Shown here one piece after another: positions 57,673 to 64,000 of a stretch of DNA of 64,000 nt. Numbering within the stretch: position 1 is the stretch's first letter; every line of letters starts with the position of its first letter. The position numbers were made by a program, and so were the translations under genes. Source of the DNA: Candidatus Hadarchaeales archaeon (GTDB taxonomy: Archaea > Hadarchaeota > Hadarchaeia > Hadarchaeales > Hadarchaeaceae); the NCBI GenBank assembly GCA_038872135.1, contig JAVZGN010000002.1:32001-96000 (forward strand), written 5' to 3'. The notes under the pieces were generated by a model. The model saw only the letters and a list, made by a program, of their open reading frames with translations. It did not search any database and was not told where the DNA came from.

Positions 57673-58251
57673 ATGGTAGAGGTGAAAACTGGCGACCTGG
57701 TTCTGCCCGGAGATCTTCTGGCCACTGTCGAAGAGTTTGTTCCGGGAGAGGGCGTTTACGAAGAGGATGGAAAAATCTACTCTGGAGTTGTGGGGATGGT
57801 CCTGATAGACATGAGAGCAAAGAAAATCTCCGTTTTTGTGGGACAGAATGCTCCCCCAGTTTTGAAAACTGGAGACATAGTGATCGGCAGGATCGATGAG
57901 GTAAGAGATCAGTTTGCCTCCGTTTTCCTTGTTGCGATGAGGGGAAAAGAAAACCGGGAACTTCCGGCACCAAAAACCGGAATAATCCACATCTCCAAGG
58001 CCCACACAACATATGTGAGAGACCTCGGGAGACTATTCAGGCCGGGGGATGTCATCAGGGCAAAAGTGGTGGGAGTTCAGCGGGAAAATATTCAGCTCAC
58101 GACTGCCGAGCGAGACCTTGGCGTTCTCGTGGCGTTGTGCTCTAGATGCAGAGACATTCTGAAGCGGGAGGGAGGGAAGCTCGTCTGCCCCAACTGCGGT
58201 AGCGTTGAGAGCAGGAAGATTGCTGCAGATTACAGGCAGGGGATGATTTAA
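57673..58251 (+). CDS. csl4: Exosome RNA-binding subunit Csl4
   Basis: VLPGD.L...EEF.PG.G, S1 domain IHISK, DLGV, CSRC...CPNCG..ESRKIA. Confidence 0.93.
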   Translation: MVEVKTGDLVLPGDLLATVEEFVPGEGVYEEDGKIYSGVVGMVLIDMRAKKISVFVGQNAPPVLKTGDIVIGRIDEVRDQFASVFLVAMRGKENRELPAPKTGIIHISKAHTTYVRDLGRLFRPGDVIRAKVVGVQRENIQLTTAERDLGVLVALCSRCRDILKREGGKLVCPNCGSVESRKIAADYRQGMI

Positions 58252-58265
58252 CGGTAAACAGAAAG

Positions 58266-58457
58266 GTGGAGATCAAGATTTCTGGATCAAAGGAACTTCT
58301 GGAGATGGTGAAAGTTTTGCAGGCTCTGAATGTGAATTTAGACGCGGAGTTCAAGGAAGGGAGAATGGAAGTTATTCTCCACGGCAAGAAGGAAAAGATA
58401 AATGAATCGCTGGAAAAGTTAAAGAAGCTTCAGCGGGGAATTAAGAAAGGGGTGTAA
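58266..58457 (+). CDS. Small protein, possibly the N-terminal part of the DUF2067 family
   Basis: 63-aa ORF between csl4 and rpoL, where Thermococcales carry DUF2067; similarity judged by eye only. Confidence 0.5.
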   Translation: MEIKISGSKELLEMVKVLQALNVNLDAEFKEGRMEVILHGKKEKINESLEKLKKLQRGIKKGV

Positions 58458-58460
58458 AAG

Positions 58461-58739
58461 ATGGAAGTCGAAATTCTGGAAAAAGAAAAGGACAGCCGCC
58501 TGCTCGGGATAACAGGTGAGGACCACACCCTAGCCAACCTCCTCAGGATAAAGCTTAATGAGGAGAAGGATGTGGCTGCATCATACACAATGGATCACCC
58601 ACTTTTGGGAAAGATAAAATTCTATGTGAGGAGTGAAGAGAGAAATCCGGATAAAGTTGTCATGGAAGCATGCGATAAAATTGTGATGGAGATCGAGGAG
58701 TTCAGAGATAATTTTGAGAAGGCCCTTAAAAAGAAATAG
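58461..58739 (+). CDS. rpoL: RNA polymerase subunit Rpo11 (L)
   Basis: GEDHTLANLLR, ASYTMDHPL. Confidence 0.93.
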   Translation: MEVEILEKEKDSRLLGITGEDHTLANLLRIKLNEEKDVAASYTMDHPLLGKIKFYVRSEERNPDKVVMEACDKIVMEIEEFRDNFEKALKKK

Positions 58740-58777
58740 GATTTTATCTTCCCGGAAATCTTTAATTCAGGATCAAG

Positions 58778-59380
58778 GTGAGAGAAGCAAAATTCTGGCA
58801 GATAAAACCCGAGATAAGAATTCTCGGGGTGGACGATGGATCCTTCGCTCCGCATATAAGAACCGTGCCTCTTGTTGCAACTGTTTTCAGGGGGGGAAAG
58901 TGGTTTGATGGAGTAATGAAGACAGATATTGCGAAGGATGGAGAGGATGTCACAGAAAAGCTGATTGCAATGGTGAGGAAGAGCCGCCATCTTGGCCAGC
59001 TCAGGGTGATAATGACAGATGGAATAACATTTGGTGGTTTCAATGTCCTCGACGCTAGGAGAGTTTTCAGGGAGCTGGGGCTTCCCGTAATAGCCGTTTC
59101 GAGGAGACGGCCGAACATGGTGGAAATAAAGAGAGCGATTAAGCACCTCCCTGGCTGGAAGAAAAGGTGGGAAATTCTAAGAAAGACGGGAAAGATCTAC
59201 AGCGTCAAGACGATGCACAGGGGTGGAGAGATATTCATCCAGCCCATCGGGATAAAAATCGGAGATGCGAGAAGGATAGTTGAGATGAGTTCTATTAGGA
59301 GCTTGATTCCCGAGCCGATAAGAGCGGCCCACATGATCGCCACAGCAATTGCGATGGGGGAGAGTCATGGTAGGGTTTAG
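58778..59380 (+). CDS. DUF99 family protein (endonuclease V-like fold)
   Basis: IRILGVDD, DG.DVT, DGITFGGFNV, PEPIRAAHMIA. Confidence 0.88.
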   Translation: MREAKFWQIKPEIRILGVDDGSFAPHIRTVPLVATVFRGGKWFDGVMKTDIAKDGEDVTEKLIAMVRKSRHLGQLRVIMTDGITFGGFNVLDARRVFRELGLPVIAVSRRRPNMVEIKRAIKHLPGWKKRWEILRKTGKIYSVKTMHRGGEIFIQPIGIKIGDARRIVEMSSIRSLIPEPIRAAHMIATAIAMGESHGRV

Positions 59381-59957
59381 AAAACTTTTGAAAGGATTTC
59401 TTGCTCATGGAACTGTAAGGTGGTTTTTGGAACTCCTTCTGACCCTAGGAGTTCTATACTTTGCCATGGCCGGGACGATGATTTTGATTTTCAGAACTAA
59501 TTCCTACTGGATGGGGGTGATCTCTGGGAGCATGAAACATGAAGGTGAAGGATGGAGGGAATATTTTGAAAATGGGAGGGTGAGAGAGGCCTTCTTGATA
59601 GCAGAAGGTGCCCCCGTCTTTTATCAGACGACCTACGACACAAAGAAATTTCCGATTCAGGGAGGTTTTGAACGCGGAGATCTCCTGATCATTCAGGGTG
59701 TGTCTTCTGTGGCCGAGATTTCCGTTGGAGATGTCATCATCATAGACAGGCGCCCGCGCAACCCTGTAGCCCTCACCCACAGGGTTCTGGGTGTGTGGCA
59801 GGAAAATGGGAAGGTGAGATTTACAACAAAGGGGGACCACAATCCATATCTAATAGAGCCTGATGATGTCGTCGTCCTGCCTGAAAAGATAGTTGGGAAG
59901 GTGATTTTCGTTGTCCCAAAGCTCGGATTCTTCTCCCTCTGGAGCCAGGGAAAATAA
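59367..59957 (+). CDS. Signal peptidase I (Sec11 type)
   Basis: TM then VISGSM, RGDL, THRV, TKGDHN...D, GKV...VPKLG. Confidence 0.88.
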   Translation: MVGFRKLLKGFLAHGTVRWFLELLLTLGVLYFAMAGTMILIFRTNSYWMGVISGSMKHEGEGWREYFENGRVREAFLIAEGAPVFYQTTYDTKKFPIQGGFERGDLLIIQGVSSVAEISVGDVIIIDRRPRNPVALTHRVLGVWQENGKVRFTTKGDHNPYLIEPDDVVVLPEKIVGKVIFVVPKLGFFSLWSQGK

Positions 59958-59961
59958 AAAG

Positions 59962-60345
59962 TTGCCTGTTGTCATGGTGGATGTCGTAATAGTTTCTCAG
60001 GATGGAGTTATCTTGGTGAAAAGAAAAAAGGAGCCTTTTAAAGGGAAGTGGGCAATTCCCGGGGGTTTTGTTGAGTATGGGGAAAGGGTTGAAGATGCTG
60101 CAAAGAGGGAGGCCAGGGAAGAAACTGGGCTTGAAGTTGAGATTCTGAGAATTCTCGGGGTCTACTCAGATCCAGATAGGGACCCGCGAGGGCACAGCGT
60201 GAGCGTATGCTATCTCGCAAAACCCGTGGGTGGAGAGCTGCGAGGCGGGAGTGATGCCGCAGATGCCAGGGTTTTTCGCAAAATTCCATGGAAAAAATTG
60301 GCTTTCGACCACGCAAAGATATTAAAGGATGCGGGCTTCAGATGA
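59962..60345 (+). CDS. Nudix hydrolase
   Basis: PGGFVEYGERVEDAAKREAREETG Nudix box, RDPRGH, LAFDH; start uncertain. Confidence 0.92.
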   Translation: MPVVMVDVVIVSQDGVILVKRKKEPFKGKWAIPGGFVEYGERVEDAAKREAREETGLEVEILRILGVYSDPDRDPRGHSVSVCYLAKPVGGELRGGSDAADARVFRKIPWKKLAFDHAKILKDAGFR

Positions 60346-60349
60346 AACG

Positions 60350-60679
60350 ATGGAATTCTGCAAGAAGTGTGGATCTCTGATGCTCCCGAGAAAAACCGAA
60401 GAAGGGATATTCCTAGAATGCACATCCTGTGGAAAAATTGAAAAAGCGAAAGATACCAAAAACTACAGGGCGATTGAAAAGAGTGTGGCGGCTGAAAAGG
60501 AGATTCCAGTCATTGAAGAGGAAGCTCCCGCCACCCTGCCCATAACAAAGGTTACATGCCCGAAGTGCGGAAACAACCGGGCATACTGGTGGATCAAACA
60601 AACCAGGGCAGCGGATGAACCCTCCACGAGATTCTACAAATGCACAAAATGCGGGAAGGTTTGGAGGGAGTATGCGTAG
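60350..60679 (+). CDS. tfs: Transcription factor S
   Basis: FCKKCGSLM...CTSCG; CPKCG...QTRAADEP.TRFYKCTKCG..WREY. Confidence 0.95.
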   Translation: MEFCKKCGSLMLPRKTEEGIFLECTSCGKIEKAKDTKNYRAIEKSVAAEKEIPVIEEEAPATLPITKVTCPKCGNNRAYWWIKQTRAADEPSTRFYKCTKCGKVWREYA

Positions 60680-60690
60680 GTGATTTTTCC

Positions 60691-61050
60691 ATGAGCTATC
60701 CCCTTTCAACGGCTCCGGCGATTCCAAAAAAGATATCAGAGATTACAGCCTCTTCTGAGAGGGTGAGGGTCTTCGGAGTTGTTGTCGCCAAGGGGGAGGG
60801 GGAGCTTTTGATTGATGATAGATCAGGACAGATAAATGTGGTTTTTGAGGATCCTCAGACGATAAAAGATGTAAAAGTTCAATCGATGGTGCGGGTCTTT
60901 GGCGTCCCAATGGTTACGGAAGAGGGGGTGGAGCTGAGGGGGGAAATCATTCAAAAGCTTGATGGACTAAAGATAGAGCTTTATGAAGAAGTGCAGAGGG
61001 AATGGAGGAGATTGGAGGAAGAAGTGAGGCGGTTGAGTGGTAAGAGTTAG
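60691..61050 (+). CDS. OB-fold protein, probable small RPA subunit
   Basis: RVRVFGVV, IDDRSGQI.V, VRVFG; located between tfs and pcna. Confidence 0.75.
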   Translation: MSYPLSTAPAIPKKISEITASSERVRVFGVVVAKGEGELLIDDRSGQINVVFEDPQTIKDVKVQSMVRVFGVPMVTEEGVELRGEIIQKLDGLKIELYEEVQREWRRLEEEVRRLSGKS

Positions 61051-61786
61051 AATGAAGAGCCCGGAAGTCTGGAAGACATTCGTGAAGTCGGTTGTGAACC
61101 TCATAGGAGAGGGGGCTATGAAATTTGAGAGCGATGGAGTGAAGATGAAGGCAATAGACCCCTCCCGCGCCGTCCTCGTTGACTTCCATCTCAAAAAAGA
61201 TGCTTTTGAAGCATATGAGGTGAAGGAATCTAAACTTGTGGGGGTGAAATTCGACGAGCTGGAAAAGGTTCTCTCTAGAGCAAAATCTGATGATGAGCTG
61301 ATAATGGAGCTGGATGAAACCCAAGGAAAGCTTGCGATAACCTTCAAGGGAGCCTCAACGAGAAAACTCAGCATCCCTTTGATCTCTGTGGATGAGAGGG
61401 AACTCCCTGAGCCGAAGATTCAGTTCACGGCGGAGGTTGAGGTTACTGGCGAAGTCATCCAGGATGGATTGAAGGATGCCGAGATGGTTGGAGAGACAAT
61501 AAAGTTCATTGTGGATAAAGATGAGTTCCAAATGATCGGGGAGGGAACAGAGGGGAGGTCTGAACTGAAGCTGTCCAAGGGGGACAAGGGGCTTGTGAAG
61601 ATATCGGTCCAGCAGCCGGCGAAATCGAAGTTTGGGCTGAAAAACATTGCAGAGATAACGAGGGGAGTGAAGGGGTCTGATGTCGTCAAAATAAGCCTTG
61701 GGACAGACATTCCCCTGCAGCTTGACCTCCCGCTGGAAAATGGAAAGCTGAGATTTTTTGTCGCCCCCTACATTGATGTTGAGTAG
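61037..61786 (+). CDS. pcn: DNA polymerase sliding clamp PCNA
   Basis: KAIDPSRAVLV...L.KDAFE.Y, LG.DIPL, LRFFVAP. Confidence 0.93.
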   Translation: MVRVRMKSPEVWKTFVKSVVNLIGEGAMKFESDGVKMKAIDPSRAVLVDFHLKKDAFEAYEVKESKLVGVKFDELEKVLSRAKSDDELIMELDETQGKLAITFKGASTRKLSIPLISVDERELPEPKIQFTAEVEVTGEVIQDGLKDAEMVGETIKFIVDKDEFQMIGEGTEGRSELKLSKGDKGLVKISVQQPAKSKFGLKNIAEITRGVKGSDVVKISLGTDIPLQLDLPLENGKLRFFVAPYIDVE

Positions 61787-61830
61787 TTCTGAAAGTTAAA
61801 AGCCGACCAGTAGATGATAATCGGGAGAAA

Positions 61831-63117
61831 ATGCTGCCGGGAGAATATCGGGCGGTCATAGATCCTTTTTCAGAAGAAGCTAGGGAGATTCTCAAGAGTG
61901 TCCCCTTGGAGAGCCTGCCAGCCGATGTTGTAGAGATGGCGGTGAAAAGGGTTGGATGGAGTGGAAGGGAGGGGATGATCGAAGCAAACATCGATGCAAT
62001 AAAAGCTGATGTTCTCTCCTTTCACCTCATGTGCATGGGGATAGCCTCGGTTTCCCATCCCTACTCGAGAGAGGTTGCCCTTGCCAGCGAAGCCACAAGA
62101 AATGTGATCAGATATAGGGTTTCCAAGCTTTTCGGGATGGGGGAGGAGAAGTTTTGCATAGAAACCATGGCAAAATATCTCAACCTGATTGATGTTGAAA
62201 AGGGAGAGAAATACAGGGTTGGGGATGCAGAGATTCCAGATGCAGATGTCTTTAGGATCAGAGACAAAAGGATGGAGAAAGATGGGAAGGAGGTTGATCC
62301 GGCATTTCTTTCCTGGTATTTTCCCCGATATGCTGTGAGATGGACAGATCTGGCGCCGATCATGAGGAGGGGGAAAATAGACCTAACGGACCTTTACCTG
62401 ATGAATGGATGGGCAGTGCTCACGACCAGAGACCTTTGGGATGTGTATGCCGACTTTATAAGCGTTAAAACTGAGGAGCATATCCAATCAATTTATGAGA
62501 AGATTCAGCCGGCGGGCGAAGGGGGAAGCGCTGGTGAATCTCTCTTCATAGAAGTGGGGGGAAGAATCTCTGCCCTAGTTCCGAAAACTTCGAGTGTTGG
62601 GGGGTGGTGGGCCGGAGCTGGAAAGCTAAGACCGGAGTTTTTCCCGCCCTGCATCTTGGCAACACTTGAGGGGGTTGGTAGTGGGATGAGGAACTTTGCT
62701 ATAACGATGCTGCTGACGACATTTCTCTCTTATGCGAGGGTTGCACCCTCAGGGAAGGTGGTTACAAAAATGGCTGATTTTATCGACGACATTTCGGTTG
62801 TAACAGAGGAGATTGCGCCGATCATCTTCCAGGCGGCCGAGAGATGCAATCCACCCCTGTTTAAAGATCAACCACAGGAGAAGGCAAACGTTTTTTACCA
62901 CATGGGGTTTGGGATGACTACTGCGCCCAAGCTCTCGGACTCTGGAAAATCGAAGTGGTACCGGGTGCCGAATTGCTCGAAAATTCAGATGTCGACGCCA
63001 ACGCTTTGTAGGCCGGATGAACTCTGCAGGAGGGTGAAGAATCCCCTCACCTACTACTTCAGGAAGAAAGCTGAGAGCTTCAGGAGGGGCAGTCAAACCA
63101 GTGGTGTCGGGGATTGA
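61831..63117 (+). CDS. priL: DNA primase large subunit
   Basis: IDPFSEEA, FFPPCI...L.GV.SG.RNFA, PNC.KI, C.PDELC..VKNPLTYY Fe-S domain. Confidence 0.9.
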   Translation: MLPGEYRAVIDPFSEEAREILKSVPLESLPADVVEMAVKRVGWSGREGMIEANIDAIKADVLSFHLMCMGIASVSHPYSREVALASEATRNVIRYRVSKLFGMGEEKFCIETMAKYLNLIDVEKGEKYRVGDAEIPDADVFRIRDKRMEKDGKEVDPAFLSWYFPRYAVRWTDLAPIMRRGKIDLTDLYLMNGWAVLTTRDLWDVYADFISVKTEEHIQSIYEKIQPAGEGGSAGESLFIEVGGRISALVPKTSSVGGWWAGAGKLRPEFFPPCILATLEGVGSGMRNFAITMLLTTFLSYARVAPSGKVVTKMADFIDDISVVTEEIAPIIFQAAERCNPPLFKDQPQEKANVFYHMGFGMTTAPKLSDSGKSKWYRVPNCSKIQMSTPTLCRPDELCRRVKNPLTYYFRKKAESFRRGSQTSGVGD

Positions 63118-63451
63118 GAAACTCCAGACGGCCTCTCGGTTTTTGTGGTCTTGGTGTCCACTGCGTGAAGTCTATATGTTTAACTGTGCCGCCCAATAAT
63201 CTCGGCTCGACCTCCAATCCATTCTGGAGGCTGGCTTGGGACGAGACTGGGTCAGAAGCCCACAGGAGATGATCAACCATGTCAGGAACTCGAAGAGTTC
63301 CTAACACGTTTCGTCCATACGTATTTGGGGGTGCAAAAAATCTGCGCTTGCGTTTTCTCTCCACCGTGGCCGATAACATCAACCAATGAGAGGGCCGCTA
63401 TCCTCTGACGCTGATGGATTAAGCTTTGGATGGGATGTGTATTTGTGCCTT

Positions 63452-63481
63452 TTAACATTAGTAAAATTTAAATAATGTTAA
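63452..63481 (+). promoter_or_regulatory. Inverted repeat around the TATA box of the ATPase gene
   Basis: TTAACATTA-N12-TAATGTTAA overlapping TTTAAATA. Confidence 0.5.
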
Positions 63482-63497
63482 TAATTCTAATATTATT

Positions 63498-64000
63498 GTG
63501 GAAAAACAAGAAATAATTCCAAGGGATATTTTAACAAAATTCGAGAAATTGCTAGAAAGACGAGAGGCTCTTGCGATAAAAGGTCCCCGACAATCGGGGA
63601 AGACAACTCTTTTGAAAATCTTGGCGAGAAGACTTGAGAACGCAGGCAAAGTCGTTTTTCTGAATTTCGAGGACCCCGATGTGCTCGAAGCCTTTGAGAG
63701 GGACCCCAAGGGTTATGTGCGGAGCTTCATGCTCGGTCCCGAAAGGCATTACTTCTTGATGGACGAGTTCCACTACATCAGTGAACCTGGAAAGAAACTC
63801 AAGTTACTCTACGACACCTTCGAGAATGCGAAGTTCATCGTCACCGGTAGTTCCTCCCTAGAACTCGGTGGGGCGATGGCGAAATTTTTGGTGGGTCGAG
63901 TGTTTTTCTTTGAGTTGCTTCCCTTCAGCTTCCACGAGTTCCTAGTGGCAAAAAACGAGAGATTGGCTAAGATTTATGAGAAAAAGAACGAAGCCATCAA
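63498..64000 (+). CDS. AAA+ ATPase (AAA_14/DUF4143 type), runs off the right edge
   Basis: My translation from GTG 63498: ...IKGPRQSGKTTLL...FLNFED...LMDEFH...VTGSSS...LVGR...LLPFSFHEF. Confidence 0.9.
   Translation, partial: MEKQEIIPRDILTKFEKLLERREALAIKGPRQSGKTTLLKILARRLENAGKVVFLNFEDPDVLEAFERDPKGYVRSFMLGPERHYFLMDEFHYISEPGKKLKLLYDTFENAKFIVTGSSSLELGGAMAKFLVGRVFFFELLPFSFHEFLVAKNERLAKIYEKKNEAI

Noticed and set aside
63240-63320. Hammerhead ribozyme (GGACGAAAC on the - strand)
   Set aside because: The required CUGANGA core is absent at the appropriate position
63080-63382. 100-aa - strand ORF
   Set aside because: No recognisable motifs, overlaps the priL end and the candidate structured region; probably spurious

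Overview
Gene-dense archaeal chromosome segment. Alba, eIF2-alpha, Nop10, CarS, GGGP synthase, PriS/PriL, PCNA and a CTP-dependent riboflavin kinase are present; a Hadarchaeota-like lineage is my inference and is not established. Most of the window is housekeeping: lipid synthesis, branched-chain amino acids, a ribK-ribB-ribC-ribH operon plus arfB, translation, replication and repair clusters, two tRNAs (Gln-UUG, Thr-GGU) and a small glycosylation cluster. The outstanding locus is 41.4-55.2 kb. A solitary AbiEi-like wHTH regulator is divergent, across a bidirectional TATA element bracketed by a perfect 10-bp inverted repeat, from an 11.6-kb gene preceded by a highly structured 5' region. That gene encodes a membrane-anchored surface protein of about 3,800 aa with about 21 FN3/Ig-like modules. 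These alternate with five blocks (about 49 copies in total) of a 16-aa W-x-x-h-E-S-W repeat that I do not recognise. It also carries a duplicated ~150-aa domain nested inside two different host domains and a basic cytoplasmic tail. A small EN/DN-rich membrane protein and a MinD-type ATPase follow. Other leads are candidate structured RNAs (63185-63334, 39732-39797), a PAS membrane sensor with no output domain coupled to a metallophosphoesterase with a PIP-like tail, an eS26-like protein, a nuclease-less Hef, and candidate operator sites. All annotations come from motif recognition by eye; no searches were run.
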